This document shows positions 38,343 to 50,349 of a stretch of 64,000 nt of DNA, one piece after another (within the stretch, counting starts at the first letter, position 1; every line of letters begins with the position of its first letter). The notes beneath the pieces were generated by a model, which was given only the letters and a program-made list of their open reading frames with translations, did no database searches and was not told the origin of the DNA. The stretch comes from Lytechinus pictus (Eukaryota), in the NCBI RefSeq assembly GCF_037042905.1, contig NC_087252.1:19036001-19100000 (forward strand), given 5' to 3'. The translations under genes were made by a program, and so were the position numbers.

Positions 38343-38678
38343 TTAATCAATTGTATCTCTCCATGGTGCATCTTGGCCCTTTTTTCCTCCATTCGCGGTC
38401 GCCGATGACGGGGCACCTGGTTCCTGACGGCGACATATGGCATCGATGATGAGGACAATGACGAGGAGACCGAGGATGCCGACGACCACGGATAGACCGA
38501 TAACGGTAGACAGAGGGAACACGTTTGCAGTTGGTGATGGTGACGATGGTCTTTGTGTTGATCTGGTTGGTGGTGGTGGTCTTTCAGGGGGTTCGAAGTT
38601 ACCACACCGTGGGAAGTTATCTGGTAATGGAGGAAGGTCAGACTGGTCGCCAGCACGGACAACAATAGCCATACCAGT
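38343..38678 (-). CDS. Laccase terminal exon: axial Met, P/S/T stalk, TM helix, short tail
   Basis: [10 protein letters not shown]...[14 protein letters not shown]...[20 protein letters not shown]...RDTID*. Confidence 0.92.
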   Translation of the reverse strand, partial: TGMAIVVRAGDQSDLPPLPDNFPRCGNFEPPERPPPPTRSTQRPSSPSPTANVFPLSTVIGLSVVVGILGLLVIVLIIDAICRRQEPGAPSSATANGGKKGQDAPWRDTID

Positions 38679-41600
38679 CTGTGGATTTTTTAACGATAAA
38701 ATGAAATTGATTTCCTTCTCCCTTTTAATTTGGTAAAGTATCAATCTATAGTAATTAAAATAATTGTTATTGGTGTCAACAGAGTTTATTTATTCATCAA
38801 AGGAAATCTTACAAAAAAAAACGTTCGAAGGTGGAATAATCTAATTGCAATTGGTATAAGTTTGAAGCGAAACATGCCTCGTGTATAATAGACTGTTTTA
38901 ATGTAATAACTTTATTTTTACCGGAGGCCATCGAAACACCCACTTATCCTAGCAGCCTTCTTCAATGATACCGATCCTTTGTTGTTGTTTTTTACAGGCC
39001 TTCCTCTTTGCAAAGTTATTCATTTATCATAGTAGAAAATATTTGTTTTTACTTTTTCCCTGAGCCTGTTTTTCAGCTAAAAAACAAAAAATCGGCGTTC
39101 GTCATTTATCGGATCTACATTCGACAGGCATCGTTTTCCTGGATGAGTGTCCCATTGCCTCATTCATTCTCTAAAAGCAGAAACGTTATTGAAATTATGT
39201 AACACCTGTGTTTGGGTTATTTTGAGCTACATGTATGTTCAATATTTACTTTATTATTACTGCGTTGTGCTAATGTCATAATTTGTTATAGGAAATTAAT
39301 GAAGTAAAACTAGGACTAGATTCGTCTTAAAGGAGAAAATACAAAGTGCATGTATGATGTATGTGAGAGTGTATGTTGATGCGTGTGTGTGGTCGAGTAT
39401 TTACAGAGGTTATCAATCAGATATTATGTCTTCGACCGACATCTAGCATCACCATCCGAAAGACGTGACCAGGGCTCGAACCCCGAGCCTCTGCGTCAAT
39501 TTGTAACTTCCCCCATACATCTTGGATCGGCGCACGTCATCACGCCGACTTATATTATCCTCGTAATAGGCCTTTAATATTCTAAATAGATGGCGATTTT
39601 CAAAACTATTGTCTTTATTATCATTATCATTATTATTGTTGTTGCTGTTACAGTTGTTATTATATTATCTTTATTATTATTAGTAGTAGTAGTAGAAGTA
39701 GTAGTAGAAGTAATATTAGTATTGTTGTTTTTATCATTATCATCACTATTATAATCATGAAAATTTTAGGGGAATGCATTCCAGGAAAGACTTACATGGC
39801 GATGGAATACGGTGTGACAATGGAAAAACCACCAGCCAGGATTATCAGCAATAAACTGGATGACAGTATAACCAGCATTGGTCGTAATGACAGTATCCTT
39901 TTCAGGTGGGTGGTCGAAGTTTCTCTTGATTGTCCCATCTAGTGATAAAGTGATGCTTATCAATCAATTTGAAAGTAAAAGAAACTCACCGGGTGAATCA
40001 ATATTATTGTATAGAGTAAGTTAGTAATAATAATGATTATATGAACCATTCATATAGCGCAACTACTTTATTAATATACTCTACTGCGCTCAGCATTTGG
40101 TATCATGCTCATTATTACCCCAGCTGTAGCAGAGCCTCCATGTAGGCACCCAAGCATTCGAGGAATTTCTTCTTACCAGGTACTCTTCACTTCACCTGGG
40201 TTGAGTGCAGCACAATGTGGGTAAATTTCTTGCTGAATAAAAACACGCCAAGGTTGGGAATCGAACCTACGTCCATCAGATTGAAAGACGAGAGTCGTAA
40301 CCATTAGCATAAAAAATGCGAAAATTAATTTATTCACCAACCAAAGACTTCATATTTCATGGGTCATGATTTTTGTATGGATGCGTAGTTGTGTAGATGT
40401 TCCAAGTTTTATCTTTCAATTAGCTGACCGTTGGTTAGAAACCGGTTCCGGGTCGTTAGTGGCCTTGCAGGTATTTACTCATTAAAGATTTGAATCATCA
40501 TATTTGAAATAATTTCCTTCTACTTTCATGTAATATAGTAAGTTTATTCCTATTCCTTGATTATTACAGCCGCTATGTATTTGTAATAAGCCTTTCATAT
40601 CATATTATCATCATTAAGTTCAATTTTTTTTCTTTAATATGTTACGAATCATCCACTGCTCATTTTCTTTGTATCATAGTTTGAAACCAAAAAAAGCAAT
40701 TTCAAATGTGTTTGATATCTTTAAAGAAAAAAATAATGTTGATCTGAAAGCTGAAAGGAATCATTAATATCAAATTTTTCTAGTATTACGTTTTCTTAGA
40801 CGCCTGTACATGTTTTCTAGCAAGTGCAATTCTCTAGGGTATCACGCAGGTAGAATGGGATGCACAAATACCATCGATCTGTTATTGTTGTTTTCTGAGC
40901 TGTAGTTTAATGAAATTATAATATCCAGCCAATAAATAAAATGACCATTTTGAAAAGTAATCAAAATTATATTTTTTTAAATGTCGGCTGGAATTTTTTT
41001 TTTTTCTGGATTTATATTGTATCCTTTTACTGACAAAGCACACTTCGAATTTCAGGAATTTCTAGTAAGGCCATTGTAACGTTAAACAATGTCTTAACGG
41101 CAATTATGTCATGAGAAAGTCTTCAAAATCAAGATTAATTCTCACATTATCATAGAACTAGATCTGATACACCTATCGGTATGAAATCATGAAAACTTAT
41201 TCTGAAAACCAAACATTACGATGACCACTAACACAGAAAAGCATATGTGGGTCAGTGTATTAATATTGCTTGGAAAAATATCCGACATTCAGTGGGATTC
41301 GGTGCTTATTTTGCTAATTTCTCAGCAATTACACATTATTTTCCAAAGCCATTCGGTACATATATTTTTTAATTTATAAATTCAAATACCTGGGTGGTCA
41401 GATTTTTATTTAATTCTGTTGGAACTCATTTTGGCATCTTTACCACAACTGGCGTTTGTCTTTACCGTAATTTGTCATAAGCCTATTCATATACTTACTA
41501 CGATCCATCTCGATTACTTCCTCAATGCTAAGGTGATCTCCACCAAAACCCTGAGCAAGGACTCTGAACGAATAACCGTGAAGATGAAATGGGTGGAGAA

Positions 41601-41901
41601 CTAAAACCCGCTTACCCTCGTCAACTAGCACAATCTCAATCGTCTGCAGTGGACATGGAGAGAAAGAAGAAAGATTGTACAAAAATGGCGACAAGACACT
41701 TAAATGGTAAATGTGGTGATATTTTACCTGATTGCTAAGGAAGCCTGAATGCTTTTAATCAAGCAACCGGAGAACTAGTAGCTTTAAGTCCTCTCCGAGG
41801 GATTTCGTAATAAAGACAAATCCTCACCAAAGGGCACCATTAGCAATGGTGGTGGTGGTAGTAGTAGTAGTAGTAGTACAAGAAGAAGTAGTAGTAGTAG
41901 C

Positions 41902-41935
<34 letters not shown>

Positions 41936-41960
41936 ATAGTGGTAGTAGTAGTAGTAGTAA

Positions 41961-42002
<42 letters not shown>

Positions 42003-42060
42003 CAGCAGCAGCAGCAGTAGTAGAGTAGTAGAAGTACAAGGAGTAACAGAAGTAGTAGTA

Positions 42061-42101
<41 letters not shown>

Positions 42102-45100
42102 ACAGTAATAAAAGTAATAGTATACATTCTTGTTATCATCATTATTATTCTGTTGTTGTTGCTGCTGCTGTTGTTATCATTATTATAATCATCATCATCG
42201 TCGTCATAACTGCCATCGTCTCAGTAATCATTATAATATAAACCCATGCCAACCTGATTAATTTCAACTTGAAGAACTTGGGTACAGTGACAGAACTCGG
42301 TCTTGCACCTCTCATTCATCTCCTCATCTTCAAAAAGGCAGATATCATCGCCGTCGGTCTCGTCATGGTATTCAGAGAGAAGCGAGTAACTTGGCAGTTT
42401 AAACGAACGGTCGTTGAGCATTGGGCTGTAAACATCGTCCCAGTAACGTTCATCAGAGAACTATAGGGAAGATTCAGACGTCCGATTACTGACTGATATT
42501 ATTAAGATAATAGGGCGTCTTTGCTCAGAGACGTACAGTGTCTGCAACGACCAGGGCCCCGTCTTACAAAGAGTTACAATTGATCCAATCAATCTCAGCT
42601 GTATGGAAATCCATCCATACCATTTTTTCTACAGGAAATGTTCTTAATAAACAAAGAGAATCACACTGAATCCTCAGGAAAATTATGAATGTATGATATA
42701 CATAATATCTAGACAATATTTTTTACAAATTTGCATTTTAGATGTTGCTGGCCGTCCATGGCTGCGTTGATCCGATCAATCGCAATTCTTTGTAAGATAG
42801 GGCCCTGAGGTGGATACGGAGTATTCTCCGAGCGCAAGATTAATAGATTGTCACACGACAGAGAGCGTCTATCAAGACCTACAGTCTGTCGAAAGTTGGA
42901 GAATCGACATTTTGTCCAAAGTTTTGATTGGAGAAGAAACCTGCAATTTCCGACAAAGATTTCCCAGGCATCATTTGCCATTTTGCAATACATTATTCTG
43001 TCCTTGAACCCTTTGTTCATCGCTGAGCAAAAACATCCTTGTGAAGGATTATTTTAAGACATTCAATCATCTCACGAAAGTGATAGAAGGGTGGCGATCA
43101 AGGAAGACGGGAAACGGAGCAGGGAATGGAAGTGATGGCCTGATAAGAAATGGGGGAAATGATAGAAGAAGGGTGACGAGCGGGACAAAAAGTTTGACAA
43201 AACCGGGCTGTAGAATGGTGAGAAAGCAGGAGAAAGGGGTGAAGATATATTGGACGAACCGAAATTTGAGGCCAGAGAGGAAGCGAAACAAGCGTGAGAG
43301 GTGAGTGATAAACTGGAAAAGGAGTAAGCAGGCAGGGGCGGATCCAGCTTTTGCCAATAGGGGGCCGAAAAAAAATATCCATATTTTCCCTGATCGGCCG
43401 CTCAAAGTCGCTTCTTAGCTTTATTCTCACAAAATATTGTCAGTCAGGAGACTGACCAATCTTTTACGGCCTACTCCATCGGTCGTTTATGGAGTGCAGG
43501 AGACCCATATGCAGGAGATTGTTTTGATACGCGCAGCTGCGGTAGCGTGGTTTACCTACATGTGAACTAACAGAATTCGGTGCCACCGCAAGTAGGCCTG
43601 GGATTGGACCGGCCGTTATGAGGCTGTAAATTAACCATGGGTATAATACCTCCTTCGTACTTTTCTTTCTGTTTTTCAGCGTTTCTCTCAAGTTATAAGG
43701 ACATTTTAGGGGGGTTGCCAAAAAATAGGGGGGCCGGCTCGCCCCCCCCCCCCCCCCTTGGATTCGCGCCTGGTGGGGCTGTTGAAGACAAAGAGGGGAA
43801 CGGTTGCGACGCCAGAAAAGATAATGGTTGCGAAATCGGGGGAATTCCTACTAGGCTGGAGATGAGATGGATGACAAAACTGGAGAGGGCTGACGAAGCT
43901 GGAAAAAAGAGCGATAAAGGTCGTGAAGAGAAAAGAAAACGACGAAGCAGCAGAAGAGGGTGTCAAAGGTCACAAAGAGGAGGAAAGGATGGCGAACAGA
44001 AGGGTGATGATGTCGCAGTGGATAAGGGTGGTGGAGCCGCAGTGATAAGGGTGGTGGAGTCGCAGTGAAAAGGATGGTGGAGCCGCAGTGAAAAGTGAGG
44101 CGAAATAGACAAAGTCAACGATTGCAAAGTTAAAAGTAAAAAATATGTATATGTAATTAAAAAGAGATGGACGAAGAACAGAAAGAGATGGCATGGAGGA
44201 AATGGAGTGGGAGGGATAGCGAACAAATTGAGAGCAAACTGTATCTATGCGTGAAAGAAGGCACTCGAGAGAAACAACTAAAGAAAATACAGCTCTTAAA
44301 AAGGGAATGACGAAAAATATGATTGAGAGCTTGCAAGAACATACATATAACAAATATGAAAGATGGTTAAGGAAAGAAAATGTTGCAATGATTGCGATAA
44401 AGCTGAGGGCATCTCAACCGAATGGTAATAGTTCATTATAATAGTATTGATTATTATAGTTGCGTCTACAGTCAAAGTATCTGAGCACATGCATAAAAAT
44501 CAAAGTGAATAAATGGCATTGAAAATTGTAGCATTCTTTAGTCAAATTAAAGTATGAGTAAGTGGGAAACCTCTGAATAAATTTCACTTACCCTATCACC
44601 TGTACTGATTTAACTTTACTTACTTCATTAAAGTCTCGTTTCATGTAGAAAGTTCGTCTATTCTCTTGCGGTAGGATTGCATTTTCTAAATAAAAGTGAA
44701 ACATGATAGGACGTGACACTCAGCTAAAACGGAAAGACGTAGGCTACATTACATTTTTAGTTCACTTTTGGCATGGATTAGGAAGCTAGACCATCAATTG
44801 TACTGTGTGACTTAATCAAAGGATAGCTCAGAGGTCCATATGTACAATGCGCGTCAGAGAAATCTTATCCACCAACAATTTGCAAAAACAAAAACTGTTT
44901 TGAATTATTTTGTGATAGTTTGTATCAAAGAATTGGAATAGGTTACCACAAAGCATCAGATCCAGTCCAACATTGACTATATTTAAAAAATTTTCTTGTC
45001 GAAAATATTTATTTGAGGATTACGAAATATCTTAAAACTGAATCTTGATCAACCATGTGTGTGTGAGTGTGTGTGTTTGGATGTGTTACGGATGTGCGTG

Positions 45101-48100
45101 TGGGTGCGGGTGTGTATGTGTGTGTGGATTTCTTTATGTACATTTCTTATTCACTCTCTAGATTATCATTGCAAATATTTTTCATCAATATTCTTGTTCT
45201 AATATTCAATACATGTATTAGGGACCCCTTTTCACAAGCTCTGCTTCTGTGGGGTCCTAAACCTATCATGTCTTATCATTTTTTTTTTCAAACTGTGAAA
45301 ATATGTCTCTTGTTTGATTGGTTTAAATAAACTTGAGCTTTAACTCCAGAAAAACGATATATTTGCAATTTTTGTCAGCTCCGAAAGTTGGGACTAAAAT
45401 GCTGTTTCGGTACATTAACGTTCGACTTCCCAGCTGTTTTTGTCAGACTCGTTTGATGGGCATTTTTAAAACGTTTACTGCTTTCGTGAATCTGTCGTAA
45501 AAGAAAATGAGAAACCCATGTAAAGAAACATGTTTGTTTCCACGATATAGGGATTCCCTTACCGATGGCAACCAATTCATTGACAGTAATGACGTGTGCA
45601 GAAGCAGGACTGTTGAATTTCTGGTAGATAATGCCTTCTGGGGTTGGAGAGGGGCTCGATGAAGGGTTCTCCGTGCGAGCGCCGCTGTACCTGATGATTG
45701 CCAGACCATGATTTCCGACTGGTTGTCCGTACAATTCTTGAAACTTCATCCAGTAATTAAATCCATTCTTCTCTGAGGCATTGAGGACGACATCGTATCT
45801 TTTTAGAAAAGGTTCGATAAAACATAAATGAATTGAAGAAATAATTGAAGAGAGTTAAACGTTGAAATACAGGAGTTGCAACTTTGGATTCTGCGAAATC
45901 TGCTTCGATTCAATCGAATACCTTTGATTAATTAACTACTCATATTTTAATCATCATGTTTTTCTTAAACAAATCTCTCGATGGACCCCTGTCATAAACA
46001 GCATGCTTCCTGAAGAAAGAAGGGAAATTGGCCTTGTTCGGGGGAAGGGTCGGAATAGTGCCCGTCGGAACAAGGTCCTGACAAGCTCCGGTCGGGGGAG
46101 CTTACCATGACATCTTCCTCTGACCAAGACACTCATTTATTATCCAGAAATATCAAGTTACCACAAATGCTCAGAATGTTCGAATTTTCAGGTTCTCAAA
46201 GCATAGGCTATCCAAAAATTTGACCTCGCACTTCTGGCTCGCATTTATAATTTCGACCTCATAGCTTATCTTGTTTGTAAGAATAAACACTAGATGTATT
46301 TAAGACGTCAGACTTTATTGGGGACTACCCCCTATTTTTTTCATCAACTTTTACCGGCCCATTGGAAAAAACATGGATGAAAATATTTTGTTTCCATTCC
46401 TCCGAATTTTTTTCAATGAAGCAATAATATCATTTTTTAAATGGTAGAATATACTCGTTTCTATAAAATGAATAGTAGAAACGTCAATGTCATATCTTCC
46501 TTCTCCCTTGTAAAAAAAAGTATATTAGTTTTGCTCTCATGTTGTAACATTGGCTTACCTTTCTCCTCCGTAAATGACTAGGGCGTCGACCTCTAGAGGT
46601 TGTACATATGCCCCATCGCTGGCAATGATAGTTAGGGTGTGGTTTTCTACTGACACCGTGAAAGCTTCACTACTGCTTGCCGTACTTATCAACCGGAAGC
46701 GATACCTCTTGCCCTGGATCAGAACGAAAGGTCAAAGTTCAATGTTTTAAAAACGAGCCATTAGAACTATAAACATCACCAGATTTTTGGTCGTAAAATG
46801 GTATGTATTATAATTATTTGGAGCGTTGTGGCGCAGTGGATTAAACTGCTGACTTCGAAACAGAGAATTATTGGTTCGAATCTAAGCCATGCGTAAGTTC
46901 CTTCCGCAAGAAATCGATCAACATTTTGCTTAACTCAAACTATGTGTGGTAAATTGGTACCTGGCAGAGGTATATTCCTTGAAATGCCACTGCGCTGTAA
47001 AAGGTTGCGGGGCTTAAGTGGCCATGGTAACAATATCCAAGTCCTTTGGAAGCGCATAGAGAAATTATGATATAATGTAATATGCGCTATACAAGAGCTG
47101 CGTAATAAATAATTATAATAAAGCAAATAAACGGTTAACGTCCATTTATTTATTCATTTATTTAAGTATATATTTATGCATTCATATTTCGTCCGGGTAG
47201 TCGAATTAAGAAAAATTGTTCAGGACTTGTATGAACAACTTTTTTAGGGGGCAGTTATGTCCTTCCACTTAGATGTACATGTATAGTGTATATCATTGTA
47301 TAATTTGTTTACTTTTATGTTTCTTATGTTTAACTATTTTTTTTAATACATCTATAGATAACCAACTACAATGGATAATAATCATATAACATTGCAACCG
47401 AAATATACTAGCATTCTAGTGGAATGGTAAAGATAAGGTCAAAAGAAACGTGATGTCTATGGAGTACGAAAGGGGAGGACTTAAAATGATTGATTTTCAT
47501 TTATTTGTATATGCACAAAGAGTCATGTGGCTGAAAAGGCTTTTGACAGGAGATTTCAGAATAGGATGGAAACGGTTTTTTATATTTGGAACCCGTGATG
47601 TAGGAGGACTTTTGTTATTATTCACTAATACTTCACTGAATATTTGTAAAATATCATTACCAAAATTTTATATGGATATGTTGCAAATTTGGGCCGCTAC
47701 CAAAGAAGTCCTTCTTAAAAAAGAAACATCTAAAAGAAATGAGATATTTTTTAACAATAAACTTATTCGACTAAACGGGCAAATGCTATTTGATGAAAAC
47801 TTATTTCTTAAAAACATATATAAATTGCATCATATTGTTGACAAGGAAGGTAACATCAAATCTCCTAGAGACTTTCTGAGAATGGGTTTAGATGGAAATG
47901 AAATAGATAAAGTTTATAAAGTTTTTGAAAATATTCCAGCAACATGGAAACACCTTTTAAAGAAAGAAGACAACTGTGAAGACACTGGTCTAAATCTAGA
48001 GTTTATATTTAATGGTAAGATTAACAGTTTACCAAACGTGACATCCAAGAAAATATACAAGGCACTTTTAAGTATTAAATTGGAAAAATCGTATGCGTTT

Positions 48101-50312
48101 AATAATATAGAGAAGACATATAATTTCTCCGAAAAAGATATCTGTGCTATATTTTCAAGACCCAGAAAATGTACTCTAAGCAGTAGGCTTAGAGAGTTTC
48201 AATTTAAAATGCTTTATGAATTAATATACACGAAGAAATATTTACATTTATTCAAAATTTTCTCAGATAGTGAATGTTCATTTTGTGGGAATACTGAAGA
48301 AACTTACGAGCATCTGTTTTTTTCATGTGAAAAGACGAGAGACGTATGGATAGATTGTGGTATCTTATTCAATATGTATGAAATAAAAAATGCCAGGTGG
48401 GTGGATATACACATTGGTGTTAAGCATGCTAATATAGGGAAGGAACAGATAATTAATCACATTATTCTTTTAATAAAATATATGATCTTTGTTTACAGCA
48501 GGACTAAAAAAAGACCACCAAGTCCCAACGAAATTAGAGAGAAGATATTAGAAAATGAACGTGAAGAGAAAATTTTAGCAGTAACGCGGGGTAAATTATC
48601 AACCCATATAAGGAAATGGGAACATTTCCTTACAACACCTACAAGAGTATAGAGGCGACAGAGCTCACGAGATTATGTTCGTTCATTATGGTGTTTTTCT
48701 TGTTTCAAACGGGACGCGGGCACCGTATGCAAGGGCGTATGATGTGTGTGAGTGTTTGAGGGTGTGAAGTGTGGGGGTTTGCGGAGGGAAGGCGGGGGGG
48801 ATGGGGGGTGGGTAAGGAGGGGGCAGGTACAACGCATATACTTTTAAAAGTTTTTTCTCTGATATTTGTTTGTTAAACTCATCTGGTAGTGGTACGATGC
48901 AGTGTCTTAGAATATTATTTCATGATGTGCATAATGTATACGAGTTTAAGAGATTATTTTGTTCGAATTATTATTTACAATTATTACTTTGTAAACTGCA
49001 TTGTATATGAAATTTGATTTGAGAGAAAAACAATAAAACATCTTTTTTTTTTTTTTTCAAATTCTATAAATTAATAGATCGAAAATTGATTAAAAACGAA
49101 TGCAGAGAAATCAAAAGAGATAAAATATCGCCGTCAAATAAATGAATATTGTCGTTTTTCATAGTACATTCATGTTTCATTTACACACATTTATGTATAA
49201 TAACATGGCAAGTAGATAATCATTATAAACTTAGAACTCAGAAAGAAGTGGTTGCATAGATAGTTGGGCCTACCAAATGCACGTCTTCTGAGAGAAAGAG
49301 GAGATTTTAAAGGGCCTTAAAATATTTATATCTTCCTAAATTGGGTATAATCCCCTGAGCAAAATGCTGAAATATCATCGAAATCCGATAACAAATAACA
49401 AAGTTATTGAATTTTAAACTTTAGCAATATTTTGGGCTTGAACGTCTCCCTTGTATTATAAGTTGCAGCAATGATTATGTTACGTATTAGATCGAATTTT
49501 ATTTATTCTTAATAGGCAAAATAGGACTAAATATATATTTCATATAATAAAAGAAAAGGAATACGTGGGTGTATGACATTATCAGCTTGCACGTTGCATA
49601 TTCATGAAGACATGCTGAGACTGTATCACTTAAATAATGCAAAGCTTTGAAATGTCATAACCTTAATTTTCCTTGTGTGAAGATATGAAAGTGTCAGTGT
49701 TTTGTTTTTGTCTGGCTTTACCTTATCTGTCCGAACCATATTATTTCAATCCTGGAGTACCCCCTTACAAAAGCGGGTCTTGTCAGAATAATGTCCCAAA
49801 AGGATCCAGATAACTTACTTCTTCTACTTCAAAGACTTCTCTAGGAGTGGCATGTGAGGTACCGTCACTCTCTGCAGTGTACCCGACAAGTTGTGCCTTC
49901 CCATTGATAAGAATATGAGGTGGAAAGATCCATTCCCCCGCATGGCGTGACAATACGAACAACTCCACCGCAGTTTCGTGCGACCAGTCGCTTATCATGA
50001 TAGTATGTTCTGATAGGTCATAGTCGTAGAGGGCACTGTGCGGGTTGTCCTGAGGTTACAAATAAATCATTCATTAATGTAAAACATTTTTTTTAAACTA
50101 TGACAATGTAGGCCTACAACTTGAAAAAAAAATAGATTTCTATGCTCGCCTACCTCTCTTACATTATGATGTACTGAAGGCCAAAAAAGTTCGAAAAACA
50201 GAGGAAGCAGAAAAGCAGCAAGACGTTAGTTTTAATACAGATAAAACTAAAGTCAATTTATTTTCTACCCTGAAAACGGGAATGTATGAATACATGAATA
50301 CACTACACACAC

Positions 50313-50349
<37 letters not shown>

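Noticed and set aside
41824..42142. Poly-Thr, poly-Tyr and poly-Val ORFs
   Set aside because: (TAG)n microsatellite in a laccase intron.
43041..44490. Cluster of overlapping ORFs on both strands
   Set aside because: GA-rich low-complexity intronic DNA with an embedded MITE-like repeat; no domain motifs, and not needed for the laccase frame.
44592..44623. Alternative downstream donor extending the 62-bp laccase exon
   Set aside because: It would give phase 2, incompatible with the phase-0 acceptor at 42460.
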